From a virus (taxonomy: Duplodnaviria > Caudoviricetes), in the IMG/VR virus record IMGVR_UViG_3300033143_001356, positions 1-52,244 of that record: a stretch of 52,244 nt of DNA. One strand, written 5' to 3'. Under the pieces are notes generated by a model. It was not told the origin of the DNA. It saw only the letters and a list, made by a program, of their open reading frames with translations, and searched no databases. Each line of letters begins with the position of its first letter. Positions within the stretch are counted from its first letter, which is position 1. A program made the translations under genes and the position numbers. Of this stretch, positions 8,880-18,949 are shown piece by piece.

Positions 8880-8951
8880 CTATTTCTTCTTAACCTTGGT
8901 TTTAGGCTTACGTTTGACCTTGGTCTTGGGTTTCTTCTTTACTTTTGCCAT
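8880..8951 (-). CDS. 23-aa highly basic peptide
   Basis: MAKVKKKPKTKVKRKPKTKVKKK*; the start overlaps the upstream stop (TAATG). Below the ORF-track size cut-off. Confidence 0.6.
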   Translation of the reverse strand: MAKVKKKPKTKVKRKPKTKVKKK

Positions 8952-9241
8952 TATTCAGCCCTCATTAGGTCGTCAACTTGCACCTGCATTTTATTCACAG
9001 TTCCTTGTATGCTATCCAGCTTGGTCACAACAACGCCTTTAAGGAAAGCCTGTTCGGTTTCCATATTTGTCTGTCGGGTTTCGATACCACTCAGTTTGCC
9101 ATGAACCTCAGTAGAGTCGGCTTTCAGGTGTACCACCTCGGTTTTCATGCCACCAATAAGGACTCCGCAGGTTAATAGCGTTACTACGCAACCTACTATT
9201 GAGCATGTAATTATTATAATACTTTTCTTTGCATCTGGCAT
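8951..9241 (-). CDS. Membrane-anchored coiled-coil protein, possible holin-like lysis protein
   Basis: One N-terminal TM helix followed by a coiled coil; located at the end of the late operon. Confidence 0.45.
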   Translation of the reverse strand: MPDAKKSIIIITCSIVGCVVTLLTCGVLIGGMKTEVVHLKADSTEVHGKLSGIETRQTNMETEQAFLKGVVVTKLDSIQGTVNKMQVQVDDLMRAE

Positions 9242-9326
9242 TTTACTTCCCTTTCTTCTTAGGTGCTGGTTTGAGATTCTGTAACTCTTTACTTGTCTGT
9301 TCTGGTAATCTTAACATTCTTTTCTC

Positions 9327-9491
9327 CTATTCTAAACTCTCTATTTGCGCTAAGGTTTTGGGTTTAACCCACTTCAATTTTGCTCTGGGTATCAGCTTAT
9401 TAAGTTTCTTCTGAAGATATTTTTCTACGTTAGTACCTAATATCTCTACCGCCTTATCCTGTTCTTTGGTTGTTTCTATTGTGTATTTCAT
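9327..9491 (-). CDS. Small hypothetical protein after the tailspike (54 aa)
   Basis: MKYTIETTKEQDKA...QIESLE*, with AGGAG RBS; manual translation. Confidence 0.55.
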   Translation of the reverse strand: MKYTIETTKEQDKAVEILGTNVEKYLQKKLNKLIPRAKLKWVKPKTLAQIESLE

Positions 9492-9503
9492 TTTAATCTC
9501 CTA

Positions 9504-12500
9504 TTAAGGGGTTCTGTCGAATGTTTCAACGTCCGTCCAAACACCTCCAACTTTCTGCTGTAACATTATTTTATCAACATCAGTTATATCAACGTCAAAC
9601 CGCCAGAAACCGTTCTCGGTAGTGTCTATGCCGTAATTAAGCCCAATGTTAGAATCCACAAGCGGCTGTCCTGCGGGGAACCATCCGTCACTGCTTATTA
9701 TTTCTTCAATATAATTCCCATGAATAGAAATATTGTCCCCACCCCTAAAAACTCTCTTGCATGTCTTTATGAAATTATTATATACCTGTGCCCCTTGAAC
9801 CATTACCGCACTATCTTGAAAGCGAAACGCATAACCAACACTACCAAGAGCCTCAAGATAGTTATTAGCAATAAATACATCAGTTATGGAGTTGGCGATT
9901 GACCCGGATACTGCAATAGCGTCGTAGCCTATGGCTGTATTATTCATAATACGAACTTTTGATATATTGCTACTGGCATCTTCTATTCTCATTCTTATCG
10001 GGCGGGCAGATGATGTGGTATTGAGTCCTGAGTCAAGGTAATTGTTTGTGATAATAACGTGTTCAATAGCTTGCCCACCTGTGGCTTTCAATAAAACAGA
10101 ACCAAGAGTCGTGTCTGAGGTAGGGTCATTGGTTTTTACAGTATTACCATCAATCAATACATTTGAAATTAAAGCATCGGATGAACCGGATGTCTCGACA
10201 GCAATTCCTGCTACTGTGCTGATAGTTGTGCATTCATTTTTTACTATCTTCAGACCGTCAAGAGTTCCTTCGCCGCCTGAACCCGAAAAGACACGAATCG
10301 GAGCGTTAGTACCAGTAGTGATATGACATCGGTTGTCTTTTATAAGTATATCTTTGAGGTCAATTATGGAAGTCATCTCTATACGCTCGACGGTGTTGTT
10401 AATAACAGACTGCCGCGACCCTACATTTATAATAGAAATGATACCTACGGTGCAATTCTCGATTGTGGTGTTGATAACCGGAGTGTTTTCGCTACCGTCG
10501 AAAAGTATATTGTCACCACCGTCGAGACCTGAAACACACCCTGAAATTAGAAGGTCAGAACCTGAACCAATCGGCGTTGGAGTCATCGTGCCGCCTTGGA
10601 AACTATGGGTTGCATTACCAAAACCTCTGCACTCAACTATCGAGCAATTCTGACTATATCCTCTGATTCCTGTGCCCTCATAACCAGACCCGTTGGTATT
10701 ACAGCGAAAGGCTTTAGTGTATGTCGAATCGCTCATCAAGATTCCCCACGACCTAATGTTGTCGTTCAGGGTAGTATCATAGACTACATTATCCGCTGTG
10801 CATCTGACAATCTCGCATCGGTCTACGAAGTCCAGCCAGATTCCTGCGTAGCTTTTGTCCTCGTCAAACTTCGCCGAACCTGACGGTGATTCCCAATCTG
10901 TGTTTGCCCCGATGATTCGGATGTTCTTATCTTTGCCAGCTTCGCCCAAAGTTTCAATCCAAACAATGTCATCTTCGGCAGGATCAAATACAAAAGCGGA
11001 TTCAAATGTAACTGTATCTGTTTCCAATACATAATTTGTTACAAGTCTTTTGTCACCATTCACCCCTGCCTGTGAGATGTCCCGGATAGTGATATAGTTT
11101 ACTGCGTCCCCATTGTAATCAGTCCAGTCACTTTTGAGTGTCACTGTTGTTGATGTTGGAAAAGTATTAACGACGCCGGTAAAGTCCCTTGTCGGATGAT
11201 TCTCGTTTGTGATAAGCGTTGCGATTTCGTTGCTATTCTTTTCGTACTCATCCTCATCGAGCGTATGGTCAGCTTGGATTGTGATGGTATTGCCAACCTC
11301 AAATTCCAATACTGTATCACTTGGTACAATCACTAAAGTCTTGAAAGAATACGCTCCGGCAGTACAATAAACCCTACCACCTTGAGCAGGTAAAGCGTCA
11401 AGGGCCGCTTGTATCTCAACATTATCATCCGTTCCATCACAAATATAGTCAGCTTGATTCTTAGCCAGAGCTGTCGAATCACTTGCAGCTACAACCAATG
11501 TTGCCGTTCTGCCGACAGGTGCGTCGATAGAGTCGGCCTCTAATGCACCGATACCAGATATTTCTTTGCTTGCACCTACCGCCAAAACCTTACTCGCGAC
11601 CGCTGTCCCTAACGTAGTACCGTCAAGATAATTAAGTTCTGTCGTTGTTACCGTAGCACCATCGAGTATTTCAAGTTCAGCTTCGGTAATTTCTGCGTCA
11701 CCCATTGTTAGGTTGCCATCAATCTCTAAATTGCCATCAATCTCTAAATCTTTCTCAGCACAAACATCAGAATTAAGTGTTATCTGTCCATCATCGCCCG
11801 CATCAATCTGAATCTCCGATTCGCTGGTAGGAGATGTAATTTGAAAATTATCACCTGCTGGTTCAAAAGTTGTGCCGCCGATAGTGAGTACACCTGTCAT
11901 GCCGAGGTTGCGCAGTGTACCAATATCAATATAAGAATCTACGATCAACGCCTTGCTTGCTTCGGCAGTACCGGGGGTAGCAACATCTAACAAGGCAAGG
12001 TCAATATCATCATCAGCCATTGTGATAGTACGAGCGTTGCCTGCGGTTATATTCCCTGCGTCGAAATCAATTATCCGAGTTATGTCATCTGCATCGAGTA
12101 TCGCAAAAGTGCTGTCAGGAAATTCAGTAATAGTTCCTGCCGCGCCACCTGATGCAATAGTAGGTGTAGACCCTCTTAAATCTACTGTAGCATGATGTGT
12201 CCATGTTCCACCGCTTTGCCTGATAGTTATTCTTGCAATTAAGAATCCGGTAGAACTTTCCAGCGAGAACTCTCTTGGCATTGCGAGAACGTCATAATGA
12301 CTGCTATCACCTCTCGCGCCTGACAGCGTAGTATACGAACCGGTTGGTAGGTTACACATTACCGGGGCGTACTCGCCTGTTTTGTTGGCGACGCCCCAGA
12401 AGACAAGATTGAAGTATCTATTGTTTAGAGTGTCGCCGTCAGCATCATCGACAATATCAGTTAAATCGTGTATGCTGTGGTACGAATCTCCATCCCAGTT

Positions 12501-13625
12501 GACTACATGAACGTCATCAACGGCTGAGTCCTTTGCGTTGATAGTATGCCGGTGCATCTGATACACAACACCTGCTGTAGATTTATAATTCAATACCCCG
12601 CCACCTGCGTCATACAAATATGTACTTGCGTCACCGTTCGGTCCTACACCACTAAACCAATACGCTCCATCCCTACGCTCTCTCTCGGCCATGTGGAGTA
12701 AATGCCCTTGGCTATATACGCCTGTGATGGGGTCGTTCCAGTTCTGATTTATATAAGCACCCTCGGTTGCACCCGCTATATACGCTGGACTTGCAAGCAA
12801 GAAGTATCCTACTTTAATATGTTCTGCGGCTGTCGGAAAAAATGTATCGCTAACCGTCATGACTTTCGTAGACTGTGGGATATATAGGTATATAGAAACA
12901 GGCGTATCGGTAGTGCCTGTTGCCAGTACCGCATCCGTAGTTGAAGTTATGGTAGCCGGAGTGCTAAGTGTGGTGTCGCCATCACTAAACTGCATCGTCA
13001 AATCGCCGCCCAGTGCATTAGTGACGGTAATAGTAACCACTGTGCCATTTGACGTAACGAGAGCGTTGATTGGTTCGTTAAATGAACCATTATATAAGTC
13101 TCTGAGTCCGAACTTTGCATCTGATTCCGTCTCGGTGTAATACCGTCCGTCGTGGTTGGCGTTGGAAGACGAAGGCATATCATCTAAGTCTGTATGATTA
13201 ACCGCAAAGGTGTCGCCAATCTCATCCCACAGACTCTCTGTAATATGTCTGGAAGGAATCTCGTAATCTGCGGGCATACCATATTTATAGTCGTATAGAT
13301 AGTAGACACGCATCGTACCATACGATGCGTGAGGTGCAACGGAAAGCACGATAGTAGTGGCAGTAGTATTTGTAGCGACTATTCGACTGCCGAAGACCTT
13401 GACTGCTGTGGTATATGCTTTTCTCGCAGGGTCAGCAGCAGTGACTATAACCGCAGTACCCGCAATAACATTGTCACCGTCAAACAGCCCATAGGTGCCG
13501 TTTTCGTTAGCTGTGAGCGTGAGCGGACCTGCGCCTACTGCGGCGGTAAAGTCCTGCCACCCCCAGCCCCTAAACGCACCGAGGAGGTGTCTCTTGTTGA
13601 AGTCATATCTCGACCGTTTCCACAT
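9504..13625 (-). CDS. Tail fibre/tailspike with C-terminal parallel beta-helix (putative polysaccharide depolymerase)
   Basis: 1373 aa; fibre motifs HDGRYYTETE, PGTAEASKAL and TTTELNYLDG; beta-helix cap ADYICDGTDDNVEIQAALDALPAQGG; many I.I..N.I rungs. Confidence 0.8.
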   Translation of the reverse strand: MWKRSRYDFNKRHLLGAFRGWGWQDFTAAVGAGPLTLTANENGTYGLFDGDNVIAGTAVIVTAADPARKAYTTAVKVFGSRIVATNTTATTIVLSVAPHASYGTMRVYYLYDYKYGMPADYEIPSRHITESLWDEIGDTFAVNHTDLDDMPSSSNANHDGRYYTETESDAKFGLRDLYNGSFNEPINALVTSNGTVVTITVTNALGGDLTMQFSDGDTTLSTPATITSTTDAVLATGTTDTPVSIYLYIPQSTKVMTVSDTFFPTAAEHIKVGYFLLASPAYIAGATEGAYINQNWNDPITGVYSQGHLLHMAERERRDGAYWFSGVGPNGDASTYLYDAGGGVLNYKSTAGVVYQMHRHTINAKDSAVDDVHVVNWDGDSYHSIHDLTDIVDDADGDTLNNRYFNLVFWGVANKTGEYAPVMCNLPTGSYTTLSGARGDSSHYDVLAMPREFSLESSTGFLIARITIRQSGGTWTHHATVDLRGSTPTIASGGAAGTITEFPDSTFAILDADDITRIIDFDAGNITAGNARTITMADDDIDLALLDVATPGTAEASKALIVDSYIDIGTLRNLGMTGVLTIGGTTFEPAGDNFQITSPTSESEIQIDAGDDGQITLNSDVCAEKDLEIDGNLEIDGNLTMGDAEITEAELEILDGATVTTTELNYLDGTTLGTAVASKVLAVGASKEISGIGALEADSIDAPVGRTATLVVAASDSTALAKNQADYICDGTDDNVEIQAALDALPAQGGRVYCTAGAYSFKTLVIVPSDTVLEFEVGNTITIQADHTLDEDEYEKNSNEIATLITNENHPTRDFTGVVNTFPTSTTVTLKSDWTDYNGDAVNYITIRDISQAGVNGDKRLVTNYVLETDTVTFESAFVFDPAEDDIVWIETLGEAGKDKNIRIIGANTDWESPSGSAKFDEDKSYAGIWLDFVDRCEIVRCTADNVVYDTTLNDNIRSWGILMSDSTYTKAFRCNTNGSGYEGTGIRGYSQNCSIVECRGFGNATHSFQGGTMTPTPIGSGSDLLISGCVSGLDGGDNILFDGSENTPVINTTIENCTVGIISIINVGSRQSVINNTVERIEMTSIIDLKDILIKDNRCHITTGTNAPIRVFSGSGGEGTLDGLKIVKNECTTISTVAGIAVETSGSSDALISNVLIDGNTVKTNDPTSDTTLGSVLLKATGGQAIEHVIITNNYLDSGLNTTSSARPIRMRIEDASSNISKVRIMNNTAIGYDAIAVSGSIANSITDVFIANNYLEALGSVGYAFRFQDSAVMVQGAQVYNNFIKTCKRVFRGGDNISIHGNYIEEIISSDGWFPAGQPLVDSNIGLNYGIDTTENGFWRFDVDITDVDKIMLQQKVGGVWTDVETFDRTP

Positions 13626-13795
13626 TATTCAGTGAACTCCTGTGTAGTGCCTGTGCTGTTGTCGTCCAAAGGTATATCATCCTTAGAGTTTATGGTGAGT
13701 TTGTTACCTAACCCTATCCCATATCTCATAACAACTGCACCTGCTATAAAACCTATTAACATGCTAATCGGTACACATATCGTCAATATATTCAT
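13625..13795 (-). CDS. Small membrane protein following the terminase (56 aa)
   Basis: MNILTICVPISMLIGFIAGAVVMRYG...QEFTE*; its stop overlaps the tailspike start. Confidence 0.55.
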   Translation of the reverse strand: MNILTICVPISMLIGFIAGAVVMRYGIGLGNKLTINSKDDIPLDDNSTGTTQEFTE

Positions 13796-15446
13796 CATCT
13801 TCTAATCCCATGTCAACTACTCCAACCTTAGCTAAAGATTGAATATCATCTACTGGTTCGTCCGGTCCGCCTGTAAAGGCATACGAATACGCTGTTATCC
13901 CCTTCGGGCACCTCAAGTGTACCTGGAAGGCTATCATGGCTGCAAACAATAAATCGTCATGCTTGCCCGCCATGTGTATCGGTTTACCGCTCTTATCGTA
14001 ACAAAACGACATCATCTCGTTTATTATTTCATCAAAACCTACTATGAAACTCTTTTCTCTGAGTGCGGCACGGAAGTCGTCTACCAACCATTTCCTTGTC
14101 ACCATGTCCGTGCGCCAGCCAAGGTTCTCCGAATCCTGAATCGTCAACTGCTGGTCGTGAACCTGTCTGTTATAAATATTAGCGTAACCCTTTTCTTTGA
14201 ATATATTGAGCAGGGTCATACTATTAGGTATTTCAGGTGCTATGAAGGCATCATTATAGAGTTTCGCTGCGTAATACGCTTGCCAAGCAAGGTCAACTTG
14301 GTCGCCCCTACCTTGATAGATAGCCACATACTCACCTGCGTTGCGGTCGAATATCGCTATCCCGTCAGCGTCGAGATTACTCTTGGGGTCGTTCACATCC
14401 GAAAGCCTTGCTTCCATAGTATCTATACCCATAGCGTATTCGTGGTTATCGCAGGGCATCTGACGTATCTTCCAGCAGTTGAATGTCCTCTGTACGTCCT
14501 CGATATTGTCTTGAGTTAAAATACATCTTCTCGGTTCGCGGACGAACTGTTTCTGGTGGTTTATCATCGACTGCAAGAATACCGGATTACCTGAAGTCTG
14601 GAATGCCTCCATCGCTGTAGCGGGATATTCCTGTCTGAACAATGCCTCATCGCCACCTAACTCCTGAATCTTTAGTCTTCGCCAGTACACCTGTGCGTTT
14701 GTAAGATCGCATTCTTTCTGGACTATTCTTTCGTCCTCATCAGCAACGAATCCTTCTGGTGGTTCTGTAGTATATTCAAGAAACTTGTGCCACGGAAAGA
14801 ATATCGGCAGGTACCCTTCAAGGCTATCACCGCTTTTCTGTCTGTCAACCGCTTGCCAGTACATATCATAGAAAGCACCACCGACACCGTTAGCAGTAGT
14901 TTCTAATATCACTATGGTATCGGGGTTCTTAGGTACCATCTGTAAGACAGCAGCAAGACCCTCTTTAGCTTTCGGCCAGAACGCTACTTCCGAACCGTGA
15001 AAGAAATGTATGGTACCACCACGGCCAAGTACGTCCTTGCCTGCTGTTTGCGTTAGGAACTTGGAACCGTGGGGTGCGCGGTACCGTATCTCTTTTCTAT
15101 TACTTGCCTTTGTAGGTCGTCTACATTCTACAGGAAGATGAGACTGGAACGTGCGGGTCATATTAAATACCATATCCGTACTCTCGGTATCAGCCGATAC
15201 ACAGAGCGCAGTCCAGTTAGAACGGGAGTTTATTTCATAGAACGCTTCCGCTTCTGACCACGTTGACCACCCGACCTGACGAGGTTTCAAGAGTAGTATA
15301 CGGACAGGGAACCCAGCGGCTCGTTGTTTCTGAATGATACCCGCCAACATCAACTGCCCATCGTTAGGGCATAACGATACCAACTCACCGTTCTTATTGA
15401 TGATTTTAAGATTCTCGTCTATCCAGTTTATACTGGAGGTATTCAT
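13764..15446 (-). CDS. terL: Terminase large subunit
   Basis: ATPase motifs LKPRQVGWST, FHGSEVAFW and ETTANG; RNase H-like nuclease motifs GIDT and HDDLLFA. Confidence 0.92.
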   Translation of the reverse strand: MNTSSINWIDENLKIINKNGELVSLCPNDGQLMLAGIIQKQRAAGFPVRILLLKPRQVGWSTWSEAEAFYEINSRSNWTALCVSADTESTDMVFNMTRTFQSHLPVECRRPTKASNRKEIRYRAPHGSKFLTQTAGKDVLGRGGTIHFFHGSEVAFWPKAKEGLAAVLQMVPKNPDTIVILETTANGVGGAFYDMYWQAVDRQKSGDSLEGYLPIFFPWHKFLEYTTEPPEGFVADEDERIVQKECDLTNAQVYWRRLKIQELGGDEALFRQEYPATAMEAFQTSGNPVFLQSMINHQKQFVREPRRCILTQDNIEDVQRTFNCWKIRQMPCDNHEYAMGIDTMEARLSDVNDPKSNLDADGIAIFDRNAGEYVAIYQGRGDQVDLAWQAYYAAKLYNDAFIAPEIPNSMTLLNIFKEKGYANIYNRQVHDQQLTIQDSENLGWRTDMVTRKWLVDDFRAALREKSFIVGFDEIINEMMSFCYDKSGKPIHMAGKHDDLLFAAMIAFQVHLRCPKGITAYSYAFTGGPDEPVDDIQSLAKVGVVDMGLEDDEYIDDMCTD

Positions 15447-18400
15447 TTCAGTGCCTTGTATTTTTTCTTCTTTTCTTCTTCTCTGGTCGAACCTGTCATT
15501 AAGCCAAGGCTCTTAGATATTGCATCGAAACCATCAATCTCGCCTGCAAGAAACGCAAGGGCGTTCTGCACTTGTATCGGCTGGGCACTTCGTAGTTCAT
15601 ACAAGAGATACGAGGGAACTTGTCCGTACTCAACAGGACCACCACCGCCAATAGAAAACTTCGTTAAACTGCCTTTTAATTTGCCGCCTTTGGGGTCGCC
15701 TTTCTTGTACTTGCCTTTTCGAGTAGTTTTATACTCGCCTTTATCGTCCATTCCAATTAGTTCACTGAACGAAGTAAACTCTCGCCCTCGCCAATCTTCT
15801 CCGGTTGGCAGGTCAGAAAGAATCATCCGTGCAAATACACTTGATTTGTGTTTGGCCGACCTGATTGGATGGACGATAAATTTAATAGGGTCTTTGAAAT
15901 GGCCAAGGATAGAGAAGTATTTCCTCTTGCCTGTACCACCCATAGCCTTATAGAGCGGGGTTATGTCAACGTCCAACCATCTTAACCATCCGGCGTCCCA
16001 CGCCTTTTTATATCTCTCCACGAAATCGTCGTCGTCAAATGCGGCCATCAGGTAATTGAATACAACAGTTGCTCCGCCTAACTTCAGTGCTATCCTGCCC
16101 CAGAACGCACGGTACATAGCACCCTCGTTGCCGCCCTTAAAAGCTCGCACCATTGTTTGTATATTGGATTCTGTCCAGTCAGGGGCAAGGGCGATCAACC
16201 TGAATATGTGCTGTGCTGTCTGGTTGCGTTCCATCCTCATTAAGTTCATTCCACCGAAGTCGGCGTTTATAAACCCAGCCACATCCTTGGCAATGTCGTG
16301 TTGGGTTTTTTCACCACTTTCTAATTTGGCATTATTCTTTTTGAGTTGGTGCCTGTACTCCAGCAGAGCAGCTTGCACTTTAAGCTGAGGCCCTAACTTC
16401 TTGAACAGGAAGTCTGTCTGTTGCTCACGAAGTTTCTGTATTGCTTTTGCACCTTTCTCTCCCGCCTTAAACTTTCTTGCCACCCTGCTCCATACTGTAT
16501 TCTCTCTTTGGAGCATGGATTCGTCCCAGTCCTGCACTTTACCAATCGTTAGTCCACCCCTGACAAGCTGTTGCACTTCAGGTAGATAGTTCCTTATAGC
16601 TTCGCCACCGGCTTTGTATGCTTTGGTTGGTCCGATATTCTTTATCCCTGTCTTTGCCCCGCCAACGTAAGACCGTAAATATGCTTGATGATGGAAGAAT
16701 GATGTCATTAAGATATTCTGTTTGATTATCGAGTTCCATTTAGTGAGCCACGCCACGCCGGGCACATTGTATAGCGACGAACTGGACAGGACCGTATTCA
16801 GCTTCTTTGCTAACGTCGGTTCGGCGTACATACCCACTCTTTCCATAAGAGTGCCATTGTCGGCCACAAAGAAATTCTGGCCGTAGGCTTCGCCCTTTGT
16901 TGCCTTACCTGCGTACTTCCAAGACGTGAAGTTAGGATGTTCTACTCTGCGCCAGTCTTTGTGTTGTTTCGGACTGATTAAACCCCAATCTTTACCAAGT
17001 TTCATTACCTGTTTGTCAACTATCGCCTGAGTTACTTGCTTATGTGCTACGTTCTGGGCGTTAGTTGCACCTGTAACTTGTAGGGTTTTGCCTATCGACC
17101 AACCGTGGAGTATACCCTCTAAAGTTCTTGCCTTGGCGCGTGGGGTAGTAGTGCCGAACTTCTTAAAGAGTCCCCGTTTCTGTGGTTCTTTCATCCATAA
17201 CCGTGCAGAGTAATTGTCCTTGGCGTTATGTATAACTTCTTGGTCAACCGCCATCTGGCCGAATGTTTTGTTTTCCGCTATTATCTGGTCGGCAAGAGCT
17301 TTAACGTCAGCAGGTAGATTTTGGGCTTGGTCAACTATTTTCTTCTGTGTCGCACTAAGTTTATCATAATACTGCATCTGGTCGGGGTTGTTCTGGAGGT
17401 CAATGTAAACCTGCATTGCCGCGTCCCATCCTTTAGCGACGACACCGTATTTCTTTGTACCTGAAAGTTGTTTGAGATTGGCTTGGTGGTTTCGGGTAGA
17501 TATGTCCGTAGCCGTTTCTTTGTCATTACGCTCCGCATAGAACGTGTCTAATAAAGCAGAGGTATCCTTAGAATCTGACACCAGCCTTATCGGTGCCATC
17601 TTAGCTTTCAGGGGCATATTCTTTTGTACTGACGGCTCTACGGTAGGCGTTACTTCTTCGCCAACAGGCGTAGTCTGTGCTACCTTATGCGATTGCTGTG
17701 CCGCTATTGGTTCTGGTACGAGCTGCGGTGGCTCTGCTGTAGGGGTGGGTTGGGCTAAATCACGAGCTATTCTGTGGTCAATCACCCCCAATACCGAACT
17801 GAATTCTTCTGCTTCCGCCGGAGTAAGGCTTGCCTTAAATTCCCTATATCCACGAAGTAAAGTAGGGGTCGAGGCCAATCCAGCATCTAAATCTTCTTTA
17901 TGTAGTTGCTCCAGCATAAGTTCTTTGTCAGACAAGTCTATTCCCTGAAATGCTTCAACCGCTTCCGGCCTTATCTCAAGTTCCTCTACGGCCTCTGTGG
18001 GCTTCTGTGGGGCGACTTCTTTTATGGGAGGTGTAACAGCCTCTACCTCTTTTGTGGGCTGTACGGCGGCCTCAGTGCCTCTGATGGCACCTGCACCACC
18101 AAGGATACCACCTACTACCGCACCGCCTAATGCCGCCTGTCCGGTTCTGGCCAATGCCTCCTCTCCAGTCGGTACATCTCTGCCGTGAATAGCAGGTACG
18201 AACATACTTACGTTCTCCTGCATAGCCTCTTCAAGCCCCTCTTGTGCGGCGTGCTTCAGAGTTTCTATCGTCAGTTTGCCGCCAGCTTTAGCAATTCTTT
18301 TCAAGGCTTTGTCTTTTGCTGCTTTGATAAGTACTTTCGCCGGTTCCTTGATTTTCTTGCCGAACTTGAGAATACCACCGACCTGCAACTGTTCTATCGC

Positions 18401-18949
18401 GCCATTGATACTACCGACAATGATACGCTCTGTATTGGCCTCGTCCTCAGTAGCTCCGTTTCTTATAGCTTCCCTATAGGCATTGTCGCCCTCAACTGCA
18501 AAGGCTACACCAAATGCCGCCGCAGGAGTTCCTGTTGCAAGGGTGGCCCCTACCGAGGCAGTCATGTACGGGACAGCTTGGCCTATCGCTCTGCCGACAA
18601 AATCACCCACTCCTGCACCCTTTGTCGGTGCGTACTGTTCGCCTGCTTGGTATAACTCATTAGCAAACGCATTTACTTTACCGCTTAGTTGTTTTAGGTC
18701 ATCCGACTTCATTAGGACTTGACTTGATGCAACACTGTAAGGACTTGACAAATCCAGTTTTTTGGGCGGTTTTAGCGTTTCGCCAAGTGTTCCGGTAAGT
18801 CCCGATGCGACATTCAAGCTACCGCCAGTAAAGCCCTCGACCAGACCTTTAAAGAAGTTCGACTTTACCTTGCCTGCTTTGGGTTCGTCAGGTACGAAAG
18901 ATTCTGTATCCGGCACGAAACTGGATGTCTTATCTTCTACAAATGGCAT
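15443..18949 (-). CDS. Large internal virion (DNA ejection) protein
   Basis: 1168 aa; FVPD N-terminal repeats, Gly/Ala-rich helices, EGLEEAMQE motif; third of three ejection-type genes after the nozzle. Confidence 0.7.
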   Translation of the reverse strand: MPFVEDKTSSFVPDTESFVPDEPKAGKVKSNFFKGLVEGFTGGSLNVASGLTGTLGETLKPPKKLDLSSPYSVASSQVLMKSDDLKQLSGKVNAFANELYQAGEQYAPTKGAGVGDFVGRAIGQAVPYMTASVGATLATGTPAAAFGVAFAVEGDNAYREAIRNGATEDEANTERIIVGSINGAIEQLQVGGILKFGKKIKEPAKVLIKAAKDKALKRIAKAGGKLTIETLKHAAQEGLEEAMQENVSMFVPAIHGRDVPTGEEALARTGQAALGGAVVGGILGGAGAIRGTEAAVQPTKEVEAVTPPIKEVAPQKPTEAVEELEIRPEAVEAFQGIDLSDKELMLEQLHKEDLDAGLASTPTLLRGYREFKASLTPAEAEEFSSVLGVIDHRIARDLAQPTPTAEPPQLVPEPIAAQQSHKVAQTTPVGEEVTPTVEPSVQKNMPLKAKMAPIRLVSDSKDTSALLDTFYAERNDKETATDISTRNHQANLKQLSGTKKYGVVAKGWDAAMQVYIDLQNNPDQMQYYDKLSATQKKIVDQAQNLPADVKALADQIIAENKTFGQMAVDQEVIHNAKDNYSARLWMKEPQKRGLFKKFGTTTPRAKARTLEGILHGWSIGKTLQVTGATNAQNVAHKQVTQAIVDKQVMKLGKDWGLISPKQHKDWRRVEHPNFTSWKYAGKATKGEAYGQNFFVADNGTLMERVGMYAEPTLAKKLNTVLSSSSLYNVPGVAWLTKWNSIIKQNILMTSFFHHQAYLRSYVGGAKTGIKNIGPTKAYKAGGEAIRNYLPEVQQLVRGGLTIGKVQDWDESMLQRENTVWSRVARKFKAGEKGAKAIQKLREQQTDFLFKKLGPQLKVQAALLEYRHQLKKNNAKLESGEKTQHDIAKDVAGFINADFGGMNLMRMERNQTAQHIFRLIALAPDWTESNIQTMVRAFKGGNEGAMYRAFWGRIALKLGGATVVFNYLMAAFDDDDFVERYKKAWDAGWLRWLDVDITPLYKAMGGTGKRKYFSILGHFKDPIKFIVHPIRSAKHKSSVFARMILSDLPTGEDWRGREFTSFSELIGMDDKGEYKTTRKGKYKKGDPKGGKLKGSLTKFSIGGGGPVEYGQVPSYLLYELRSAQPIQVQNALAFLAGEIDGFDAISKSLGLMTGSTREEEKKKKYKALK

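Noticed and set aside
9504-13625. Diversity-generating retroelement target
   Set aside because: No reverse transcriptase gene, and I saw no template/variable repeat pair differing at adenines.
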